A stretch of DNA of 10,513 nucleotides from an uncultured Actinomycetes bacterium (GCA_963755025.1 CAVWIH010000038.1:1-10513), one strand, 5' to 3'. Shown: positions 1 to 7,385, counted from the first letter of the stretch. Translations and numbers: made by a program. Notes: generated by a model from the letters alone, not told the origin.

Positions 1-40
1 GAGAGAAGAAGGGGCGCCGGGCGGCGTGACGTGACGACGT

Positions 41-117
41 TGGTGCCCCCGGAAGGATTCGAACCTTCGACCTCGCGCTCCGGAGGCGCGCGCTCTAATC
101 CCCTGAGCTACGAGGGC
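41..117 (-). tRNA. tRNA-Arg (anticodon CCG), CCA encoded
   Basis: Reverse complement is GCCCTCGTAGCTCAGGGGATTAGAGCGCGCGCCTCCGGAGCGCGAGGTCGAAGGTTCGAATCCTTCCGGGGGCACCA (77 nt). It has a D-arm TAGCTCAG-GG, anticodon loop CT-CCG-GA, T-loop GTTCGAAT and 3' ACCA. Confidence 0.97.
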
Positions 118-126
118 AACGCGCGC

Positions 127-135
127 AGTCTAGCA
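127..135 (-). promoter_or_regulatory. Putative extended -10 promoter of the tRNA gene
   Basis: Minus strand reads TG-C-TAGACT, ending 9 nt upstream of the mature tRNA 5' end. No clear -35. Confidence 0.5.
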
Positions 136-341
136 CCTTTGCGCACCCCCCGGCCATGCCCCGCCCCCGCGCCGCGCCGTCGCCCCCGCGCGCTTTTTCA
201 AGCGAGGGCCGGGCGCAGCCCCAGCCCGAGCCCGTTCGCGGCTTCATAGCCCAGGCCGCGTCGAGCGTTGGTCGCCGCGGCGTCAGGCGCGCGGCGGCGC
301 AGCCGCCCGCCGCGCCCTTGGCTCAGCCGCCGCGAGACCGC

Positions 342-583
342 GAGCGCACCTCGAAACGAGGCCTCCCGCCCTGCCGCCGCCCGGGAGCGCAGGGCGGGGT
401 GAGTGTCGACGGTCGGTCTGCGAGGTGGTGCGCTCCCAAGGTGAGCTGCTGGACCGGGACCGAGACAGCTCCGACCAGAGACGCTTACCCCGCCCGGAGC
501 GACCCCGGTAGGGTGGGCGCCCTTTTGAGGGCGCCTCACCCGATGCGCCGCGAGTCATTCGAACGCGTTTGAGACCAGACGCG
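342..583. ncRNA. Candidate structured non-coding RNA or cis-element of unknown family
   Basis: 16-bp stem 392-407/480-495 with 2 G-U pairs on + strand. Nested stems 411-415/472-476 and 443-448/466-471. Hairpins 349-361, 365-398, 511-541 and 564-583. 9-bp pseudoknot-type complement 383-391/429-437. No credible ORF covers the region. Confidence 0.35.
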
Positions 584-621
584 GCGGACCGGACTTGCGC
601 CGCAGACCGGACGGGCCCGCT

Positions 622-909
622 TCAGGCCGCGTCGGCCAGGTCGTCGATCCCTGCCGCCAGCTCGATGTCGGCCCGCGTCAACCCCCCGGCGTCGTGTGTG
701 GTCAGTGCGATCGTCACCCGGTTGTAGCGGATGTCGATGTCGGGGTGGTGGTTGACCTCTTCGGCCATCTCAGCCACGGCGTTCACGAAGTCGATCGCGC
801 GCACGAAGTCGCGGAACTTGAAGGTGCGCACGATGGCGTCGCCTTGCGCCTGCCAGTCGCTCAGTCGCGTGAGGGCGTCGTCGCGCTGCGTATCGGTCAG
901 TTTGTCCAT
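622..909 (-). CDS. Pterin-4-alpha-carbinolamine dehydratase (PCD/PhhB family), 95 aa
   Basis: Family motifs RTFKFRDF..AIDFVN.VA..AE..NHHPDI and LTTHDAGGLT..DI.LA. RBS GGAGGAG just before the ATG. Confidence 0.93.
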   Translation of the reverse strand: MDKLTDTQRDDALTRLSDWQAQGDAIVRTFKFRDFVRAIDFVNAVAEMAEEVNHHPDIDIRYNRVTIALTTHDAGGLTRADIELAAGIDDLADAA

Positions 910-996
910 CTCTCCTCCGGCCCGGCTTCAGGTCACTGCGCGGTTGGAGAGATAGCCGCGGGGCGCGGCTTCTAATCCGGTTTGGGTCGGCCGGCC

Positions 997-1470
997 TCAG
1001 CCTTCGTCGCGGTGGCGCAGGGCGCGCTCGACGTCGCGCTGGGCGTCGCGGCTGGCCAGGTCGGCGCGCTTGTCGTACTGCTTCTTGCCGTGCGCCAGGG
1101 CGATCTCGACCTTCACCCGGCTGCCGCGAAAGTACATGCGGGTGGGCACCAGGGTGTAGCCGCGTTCGTTGATCTTCTGCTGCAGGCGGGCGATCTCGTT
1201 CACGTGGAGCAGCAGCTTGCGCGCCCGCAGGGGCTCGTGGTTGGCGAGATTGCCCTGCTCGTAGGGGCTGATGTGGGCGCCGACCAGGTAGACCTCGCCC
1301 TCGCGCACCTCGGCGTAGCTGTCGCGCAGGTTCACCCGGCCCTGGCGCGCCGACTTGACCTCGGTGCCCACCAGCACGATGCCGGCCTCGAGCTTGTCTT
1401 CGACGAAGTAGTCGTGGAAGGCCTTGCGGTTGGCGGCGATCGGCCGCGTGTTGTCGTCGGCTGCTTTCAT
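997..1470 (-). CDS. smpB: SsrA-binding protein SmpB
   Basis: IAANRKAFHDY, EAGIVLVGTEVKS, HISPY, RKLLLH and GKKQYDKR motifs; 157 aa. Confidence 0.98.
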   Translation of the reverse strand: MKAADDNTRPIAANRKAFHDYFVEDKLEAGIVLVGTEVKSARQGRVNLRDSYAEVREGEVYLVGAHISPYEQGNLANHEPLRARKLLLHVNEIARLQQKINERGYTLVPTRMYFRGSRVKVEIALAHGKKQYDKRADLASRDAQRDVERALRHRDEG

Positions 1471-1482
1471 GCTGTGTACAAC

Positions 1483-3367
1483 CTATCGTCCTTTGCGCTT
1501 GCCGGTCGACCGTGGCGGCGCCGGCCGTCGCGGTCCGTGGGCCGAGGTGGCGGCGCCGGTGCGGCGCGGCGCGGGTCGCGTGCGTGGCCGGTCGCTGCGC
1601 CGTTCGTCGTCTAAGTCGGCCCGCGAACCCACCGGCACGAGCTCGACCTTGCCCGCTACGCGGTCGACGCGCACCACGCGCACGCGGATAGGGTCGCCCA
1701 GGCGAAAACGGCGGCCGCTCGCGCCCACGAGCGCCGTGCCGAAGCGGCTCTCGGTGAGGTACTCGTCGCCCAGGTTGCGGATGGGCACGAAGCCCTCGAA
1801 CGAGCCGCCGAAGTGCACGAAGGCGCCGCCGCCGATGAGGCCGATGATCTCGCCGTCGAACTGGCTGTCCCAGCCCTCGTCGTGCAGGCGGCGGTCGAGC
1901 AGAAAGGCGAGGGCGATGTCGTCGGCCTTGAGCTCGAGCTTGGAGATGGTGCGCTCCATGGTCGAGCAGCGCGCGGCCACGTCGGAGAGCTCGCCCGGGC
2001 TGAGCTCGAGGCCGCGGTCGCCGAGGCGGGCCAGCAGGGCGCGGTGCACGACCAGGTCGGCGTAGCGGCGGATGGGCGACGTGAAGTGCAGGTAGCCGGT
2101 GCTCGCCAGGCCGAAGTGGCCCAGGTTCTCGGGGTCGTAGCGCGCCTGTTTGAGGGAGCGCAGCAGCAGCTGCGGAAACGCCAGGCGGCCGCGCTTCTCG
2201 CGGGCGCTCAGCTTGGGCAGCGTCTCGGAGAGCCGGCGCAGCGCGCCGGCGACGTCGGGCGCGGTCGCCGAGTGGCCGCCCGGAAAGCGCGGCGTGGGCA
2301 CGTCGAGCTCGGCCATGGCGTCGAGCAGGCCCTCGGTGGCCGACGGGTCGGGGGGCTCGTGCACGCGGTACACGGCGCGCGCGTGACGGCCGTCGAGGAA
2401 CTGGGCGACGGCCTCGTTGGCGGCCAGCATGAACTCCTCGACCAGGCCGTGCGAGGGGCTCTCGAGGCGCTGCCTCGGCGGCTACCAGCTCGCCGCGCGC
2501 GTCGAAGCGGTACTCGGGCTCGAACGAGCCGATCTGCAGGGCGCCGCGCGCGAAGCGCGCGGCGCGCAGCTTGCCGGCGAGCTCGGCGGCCAGCAGCAGG
2601 TGGCTTACGAGGGCCGGCTCGCACGGCGAGGCCGCGCCGTCGGCGAGCACGCCGTCGACGGCGCCGTAGGTGAGCCGGTTGTCGCTCACGATCGTCGAGC
2701 GGTAGAACGACACCGACGTGCGCCGGCCCTCGGCGTCGAAGGTGAACTCGACCGTGACGGTCTTGCGCGGCTCGCCCTCGACCAGGCTGCACAGGCCCGA
2801 CGAGAGCTCGGCGGGCAGCATCGGCTCGGCCCAGAGCGGCAGGTAGAGGCTGGCGGTGCGGCGGCGCGCCTCGGTGTCGATGGGGCCGTCGGGCGCCACG
2901 AAGAACGACACGTCGGCGATGTGCACCCAGGCGCGGTAACCGGCGCCCTCGGCGCGCACCGAGATGGCGTCGTCGAAGTCGCGCGCGCTGTCGGGGTCGA
3001 TGGTGAAGGTGGGCAGGTCGGCGAGGTCGCGGCGCGGGTCGTCGGCCAGGCGGCGTGCGCCGCGGGCGAGCGCGATGGCCTCGTCGCGCGCCTCGGCGGG
3101 GAACTCGCGGCTCACGCCCTGCGAGACTTCGAGCCCCTTGAGCACGGCCGGCAGGTCGCGCGTGGTGCCCAGCACCTCGACGATCATCATGCGGTTGCGT
3201 TTGGCCGGCACGGCCAGCACGACGTCGTCGACGTGGGGCGCGCGTCCGCCGCGCGCCACCAGAAAGCCGCGCTCGTCGCCGAACAGCGGCTCGAGCGACC
3301 AGAACTTGCCCCAGCGCGCCACGCGGGCGGCGAGCATGGCCGGCGGCAGCACGGGCAGGCGGCTCAT
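1483..3367 (-). CDS. rnr: Ribonuclease R (RNB + S1 domains) with an apparent 1-nt frameshift near 2465-2476
   Basis: The N-terminal frame has the catalytic TIDPDSARDFDDA and VHIADVS motifs. The C-terminal frame has (ESPSHG)LVEEFMLAANEAVA, HFGLA, HFTSPIRRYADLVVHR, an S1 domain and a basic tail. Removing one base joins the two frames into ~627 aa. Directly upstream of smpB, a common arrangement. Confidence 0.9.
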
Positions 3368-3415
3368 GGCGCCGCCCTGCGGGCGCCGCCGGGCGCCGCG
3401 CCCACGTGGCTCTGT

Positions 3416-4585
3416 CTAGTGGCCGCTGACAAGGTACTGCACCGCCCGGTCCAGCGCCTCGTCACGGGGCGTCTTGGCGTTGTCGACGACAGTCACACTG
3501 GGAGTGATGCCCTTGTGGTTGATATCGCGTCCGTTCGGCGTGAGGTAGCCGGCGATCGTCATGTGCAGTGTGGCGCCCCCGGGCAGCGCGAAGTTGGTCT
3601 GGGCGACCGCCTTGCCGTAGGTGCGCGTGCCGATGATGGTGGCGCGATGGTGGTCCTGGAGAGCCCCGGCCGTGATCTCTGAGGCGCTCGCCGACCAGTG
3701 GTTGACCAGCACGACGAGCGGCTGCCGGGTCGCGGGCCGGCCCGTCGCCCGGTAGATATGGGTGGGCTCGTGGAGCCCGTGCGTGGTGACCACGACGCCG
3801 CCCGAGAGAAAGTCGCTCGACACGCTGCAGGCCTCGGTGATGTAGCCGCCCGGGTCGTAGCGCAGGTCGAGCACGAAGGCGCGGGCGCCCTTGGCGCGCA
3901 GCGCGGCGACGTCGCGGCCCACGGCCGCCCCGACGCCGGTGGCGAAGGCCGGCACGTAGATGTAGCCGATCGTGTCGCCGCCCTTGTGGATGAGCCTGCT
4001 GGTCGTCTCGGGAGCGGCGATCTGGCGGCGCGTGAGCGTGACGGCGTGCGCCTTGCCCTTGCCGGCGGTGCGCACGCTCAGCGTCACGCGAGTGCCCTCG
4101 ACGCCCTTGATGCGCGCCGCCGCGGCGTCGGCCGACTGGCCGCCCACCGCGACGCCGTCGACGGCCACGATCCAGTCGCCCGCCGCCAGGCCCGCGGCCT
4201 TGGCCGGCGAGCCGCTGAAGACGCGCGTGACGACCAGCTTGGCGCCGCGCTTGTCGAACTCGGCGCCTATGCCCGAGTAGCTGCCCGAGAGCGACTCGGT
4301 GAGCGCCTGGCTCTGCGCGGGGGTGAGGTAGACGGTATAGGGGTCGTGCAGCGAGGCGAGCGTGGCGGTCACGCCGGTGCGCTCGAGGCGCGCCGCGTCG
4401 ACCGGCTTGTAGTAGTGAGCCTGGAGCTCTTTGACGATGAGCGCGTCGAGGCTGCTCGCGCTGACCGCGGCGCCGCTTGCGGGGCCGCTTCCGGAGTCGC
4501 CGCGCAGCGTGTAGCCCGCCACGAACGCGGCGAAGACCGCGAGCACGACGAGGACGAAGGCAAGGATGGCGAGGAGCGGACGCAT
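3416..4585 (-). CDS. S41 family carboxyl-terminal processing/tail-specific protease (CtpA/Prc-like) with N-terminal signal/TM segment and PDZ domain
   Basis: Hydrophobic N-terminus, DPYTVYL, YSGIGAEF (PDZ), LDLRYDPGG, catalytic SASASEI and TYGK motifs, YLTPNGRDINHKGITP. Confidence 0.93.
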   Translation of the reverse strand: MRPLLAILAFVLVVLAVFAAFVAGYTLRGDSGSGPASGAAVSASSLDALIVKELQAHYYKPVDAARLERTGVTATLASLHDPYTVYLTPAQSQALTESLSGSYSGIGAEFDKRGAKLVVTRVFSGSPAKAAGLAAGDWIVAVDGVAVGGQSADAAAARIKGVEGTRVTLSVRTAGKGKAHAVTLTRRQIAAPETTSRLIHKGGDTIGYIYVPAFATGVGAAVGRDVAALRAKGARAFVLDLRYDPGGYITEACSVSSDFLSGGVVVTTHGLHEPTHIYRATGRPATRQPLVVLVNHWSASASEITAGALQDHHRATIIGTRTYGKAVAQTNFALPGGATLHMTIAGYLTPNGRDINHKGITPSVTVVDNAKTPRDEALDRAVQYLVSGH

Positions 4586-4593
4586 GAACGACC

Positions 4594-4623
4594 ATGGTAG
4601 CCCCGCGGTCGGCGCGGTATCAA
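4594..4623 (-). promoter_or_regulatory. Putative housekeeping-sigma promoter giving a (near-)leaderless S41 protease mRNA
   Basis: TTGATA (4623-4618) - N18 - TACCAT (4599-4594), then 8 nt to the ATG. No Shine-Dalgarno sequence before the ATG. Confidence 0.55.
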
Positions 4624-4693
4624 GCGCGAGCGCCGGTCGCGCGCCGGCGGTATCGAGCCCCGGCGCCGGCTCGCCCGGGCCGGCGCGGTCGGC

Positions 4694-5617
4694 TCAGACT
4701 CGCAGGTAGCGGCGCAGGGCCAGCGCGCTGCCGAGCGCGCCCAGCACGGCGCCGACCAGCACCAGCGTGGGGATGAGGCCGAGCGGCCACGAGCCCGACT
4801 GCGCGACCAGCGGGTACTTGATGGGCCGCAGAAAGTCGAGCTTGGAGCTGTGGATCCAGTTGTAGACGACCACGTTGGCGCCCCACACCGCGAGCGCGGC
4901 GACGAACGAGCCGAGGAGCCCGGTGATGAAGCCTTCGAGGATGAACGGCCAGCGGATGAACCAGTTGGTCGCCCCCACGAGCTGCATGATCTCGACCTCG
5001 CGACGCCGGGCGAAGATGGACAGGCGCACGGTGGTCGAGGTGAGCAGGATGGCCGCCAGGGCGAACAGCACCGTGACCACCCACATCGCCTTTTCGATGA
5101 GGTTGACCGTACCGAGCAGGTTGCGCACCGTCTGTTTGGCATAGCTCACGCCGTCGGTGGTGCCCGGGTCGTTGTCGACGTTGGGGTCGTTGAAGAAGCG
5201 CGCGGCCACCGCGTCGACGTCGTTGGGGTTCTTGACGAAGATCTTGTACGAGGCCGGCAGCGGGTTGCTCTGCAGGTTGTTGATGATCTGGTCGGCGTTC
5301 TTGCCGAGCATGTTCTTGAGGTTCTGCAGCGCCTGGGCCTGCGAGACGTAGGTGAAGTTCTTGACCTCGGGCATGGCGGCGATCTTGGCGCGCAGGGCGT
5401 CGATGGAGGCCTGCTGGGGCGGCGCGCCCTTGACGAAGACTTCGACCTCGACCCGGTTGGTGAGGCTCGTCGTGCCCTCTTTCAGGTTCTTGTCGGTGAC
5501 CAGCACGACGCCCAGGATGGCCATGGTGACCAGCACGGTGAGCACGCTGGCGATGGTCATGACCCAGTTGCGCCGCAGCGATTCGACGGCCTCGGAGAGG
5601 AAGAAGTTAAGTCTCAC
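4694..5617 (-). CDS. ftsX: Cell-division permease-like protein FtsX
   Basis: [12 protein letters not shown]1, extracytoplasmic domain with [41 protein letters not shown] and C-terminal LRRYLRV. GTG start overlaps the end of ftsE. Confidence 0.96.
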   Translation of the reverse strand: MRLNFFLSEAVESLRRNWVMTIASVLTVLVTMAILGVVLVTDKNLKEGTTSLTNRVEVEVFVKGAPPQQASIDALRAKIAAMPEVKNFTYVSQAQALQNLKNMLGKNADQIINNLQSNPLPASYKIFVKNPNDVDAVAARFFNDPNVDNDPGTTDGVSYAKQTVRNLLGTVNLIEKAMWVVTVLFALAAILLTSTTVRLSIFARRREVEIMQLVGATNWFIRWPFILEGFITGLLGSFVAALAVWGANVVVYNWIHSSKLDFLRPIKYPLVAQSGSWPLGLIPTLVLVGAVLGALGSALALRRYLRV

Positions 5618-6293
5618 TGTCGTACACCCCCCGACGTTCGTCGCGCACCAGGCGGCCGCCGTCGAGCGCTATGACGCGCCGCCGCATGCGGTCGACCATC
5701 TCGCGGTCGTGGGTCGCGATGACCACGGTGGTGCCGGTGCGGTTGATGCGCAGCAGGAGCTGCATGATGCCGATCGAGGTCTCGGGGTCGATGTTGCCGG
5801 TCGGTTCGTCGGCCAGCAGGAGCGGCGGGTGGTTGACGAAGGCGCGCGCCACCGAGACCCGCTGCTGCTCGCCGCCCGAGACTTCGTGCGGCAGGCTGTT
5901 GGTCTTGTCGGCCAGGCCGACCAGGTTGAGGATCTCGGGCACCTTGCGACGAATGGAGCGACGGTGCTCGCCGACGACCTCGAGCGCGTAGGCGACGTTT
6001 TCGTAGACGGTCTTGTTGGGCAGCAGCTTGAAATCTTGAAAGACGCAGCCGATGTTGCGCCGCAGGAGCGGCACCTTGCTGCTGCGCAGGGTGTGCAGGT
6101 TGCGCCCGGCCACGAGGATACGGCCGTCGGTGGGCTCGAGCTGCTTGAGCACGAGCTTGATGAGCGTGGACTTGCCCGAGCCCGACGGTCCCACCAAAAA
6201 GACGAACTCGCCCTTTTCGATGTGGAACGAGGCGTCCATCATGCCGGGCACGTTCTGGTCGTACATTTTCGAGACGTTCTCGAAGACGATCAC
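5607..6293 (-). CDS. ftsE: Cell-division ATP-binding protein FtsE
   Basis: Walker [46 protein letters not shown]; directly precedes ftsX. Confidence 0.97.
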   Translation of the reverse strand: MIVFENVSKMYDQNVPGMMDASFHIEKGEFVFLVGPSGSGKSTLIKLVLKQLEPTDGRILVAGRNLHTLRSSKVPLLRRNIGCVFQDFKLLPNKTVYENVAYALEVVGEHRRSIRRKVPEILNLVGLADKTNSLPHEVSGGEQQRVSVARAFVNHPPLLLADEPTGNIDPETSIGIMQLLLRINRTGTTVVIATHDREMVDRMRRRVIALDGGRLVRDERRGVYDSET

Positions 6294-6362
6294 AAATTCA
6301 CCCTGCGGGGGTTAAGAGAACACGGCCGGAAGTGGCGTGGAGCGTGGCTCGGACACATGGGG

Positions 6363-6390
6363 ACTATAGGCTCCAGTCCAGGGAAGTCAA
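6363..6390 (-). promoter_or_regulatory. Putative sigma70/SigA promoter of the ftsEX operon
   Basis: TTGACT (6390-6385) - N16 - TATAGT (6368-6363), ~70 nt upstream of the ftsE start. A second extended -10, TG-G-TAGTAT, lies at 6419-6411. Confidence 0.6.
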
Positions 6391-6485
6391 GTTGCGGACA
6401 TCCCGAACAAATACTACCACGGGGCGCAAACCCCTTCAGGTCGGCGCAAACGGTTACCCCCGCCGAGGGCGGCGGAAAGGCACCT

Positions 6486-6507
6486 GCACAGGGTGCCCAC
6501 CCTGTGC
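6486..6507. promoter_or_regulatory. Perfect palindrome, operator-like
   Basis: GCACAGGGTG-CC-CACCCTGTGC: 10-bp arms with a 2-nt spacer in the divergent ftsE/cupin intergenic region. Confidence 0.5.
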
Positions 6508-6553
6508 GATGGTCGGCGCAGAGGCGATCGCTCACGCGACGACGGAGGTCCTT

Positions 6554-6936
6554 ATGACGACCGTGAACGGCGGTTCAGCCAGGTCGCTGTACAAGCCCGA
6601 CGACCACTTCTCGAAGAACGGCGTAGAGATCGACGTGGTGCAGCTCGGCGACCTCAAGGTCAAGCGCGCCAGCTACCCGCCGGGCTGGCGGTTCTCCGAG
6701 CGCATGGGCGCTCCCGTCTGCTACGACACGCACGTGGGCTACGCCCTCTCGGGCAACATCCACGTCGACTTGAGCGACGGCTCGAGCTTCGAGATCGGCC
6801 CCGGCGACGCGTTCATGATCCCGGCCGGCCACGACGCCTACACGATCGGCGGCGAGCCCTTCGTGCTCATCCAGTTCGACGAGGGCGAGTCGGCGGCGTC
6901 GCGCTTCAACCTGCCGGCATGGCGAAGGCCGCCTGA
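6554..6936 (+). CDS. Small cupin-domain protein (~127 aa) with an apparent 1-nt deletion near 6914-6917
   Basis: RBS GGAGG at 6544-6548. Cupin motifs YPPGWRFS..C...HVGYALSG and GPGDAFMIPAGHDAY..G.EP. Adding one C gives ...FNLPGMAKAA-stop at 6934-6936. As read, the frame runs through a terminator-like hairpin into the opposite gene, ending at 7216. Confidence 0.82.
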
Positions 6937-6987
6937 CGCGACGCTGCGACGCGCGCCGGCGCCGCGGCGTGGCGAGGGCCGCCTGAC
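6915..6987 (+). repeat. 23-nt imperfect direct repeat of the cupin 3' end
   Basis: CGGCATGGCGAAGGCCGCCTGAC (6915-6937) versus CGGCGTGGCGAGGGCCGCCTGAC (6965-6987); 21/23 identical. Confidence 0.75.
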
Positions 6988-7040
6988 CAACGCGAGGAGC
7001 GGCGGCCGCCCTCACGGGCGGCCGCCGCTCCTCGCGTTGG
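6987..7040. terminator. Long perfect hairpin, probable bidirectional terminator between convergent genes
   Basis: 25-bp perfect stem 6987-7011/7016-7040 with loop TCAC, followed on + by CGTTCGTCGTCTTTT. Confidence 0.75.
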
Positions 7041-7097
7041 CGTTCGTCGTCTTTTGGGCCGGGGCGTCGGCCCCGGCACAAGGCCCGGCCACGCGGC

Positions 7098-7301
7098 CTA
7101 CGCCGCGTGGCTCAGGCTGCTCTCGGGCTTCAGCGACCGGCGCGTGTCTTCGCGCAACTGCTGGGAGTCCGTCTCGCCGTGCACCGTCTGGGCGTGGATC
7201 ACGGCGGCGTCGATAAGGTGCTCTTCGTTAGCGCTACAGATCGTCAGGTCGCAGCCACTCTCGCTGGGGAAATCGCGGCAATCGACGCATTGGCGTGCCA
7301 T
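7098..7301 (-). CDS. DUF1059-like small putative metal-binding protein, 67 aa
   Basis: MARQCVDCRDFPSESGCDLTI...EEHLIDAAVIHAQTVHG fits the DC..P....C...I....EE.....A..HA...HG pattern. RBS GAGGGG before the ATG at 7301. Confidence 0.8.
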   Translation of the reverse strand: MARQCVDCRDFPSESGCDLTICSANEEHLIDAAVIHAQTVHGETDSQQLREDTRRSLKPESSLSHAA

Positions 7302-7385
7302 CGTTCCCCTCGTCGTCGGATGGTTTTCGATCAACTGCGCTTTCCGGTGACATTGACCCTGTGTCGACAGTGATAAACCGTTGCC

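Noticed and set aside
41-117. tRNA as an integration site for a genomic island
   Set aside because: No integrase or duplicated tRNA 3' end in the window; the sequence downstream of the tRNA lies almost entirely outside it.
443-471. Minus-strand GGTCC...AGCAGC resembling SRP RNA helix 8
   Set aside because: Lacks the CAGG and GGAA-tetraloop core.
198-539. 113-aa minus-strand ORF ending ...GLRPALA*, resembling a tmRNA tag ending
   Set aside because: No tmRNA tRNA-like ends or resume context around it, no RBS, and low-complexity GC-shadow composition.
559-572. TCGAACGCGTTTGA resembling a LexA (Cheo) box
   Set aside because: The spacer between GAAC and GTTT is 2 nt, not the required 4.
770-3367. 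865-aa ORF and other long Arg/Ala/Pro-rich ORFs in alternative frames and on the + strand
   Set aside because: These are frameshift read-through or GC-rich shadow frames of rnr, smpB, S41, ftsEX and the ABC genes.
6421-6470. GCAAACC...GGCGCAAA resembling a c-di-GMP-I riboswitch
   Set aside because: No GNRA tetraloop/receptor or convincing second stem, and it abuts the ftsE promoter elements.
6915-6987. Adenine-specific mismatches suggestive of a DGR TR/VR pair
   Set aside because: Only 23 nt with two mismatches, the adenines are in the gene copy (wrong polarity), and no reverse transcriptase is present.
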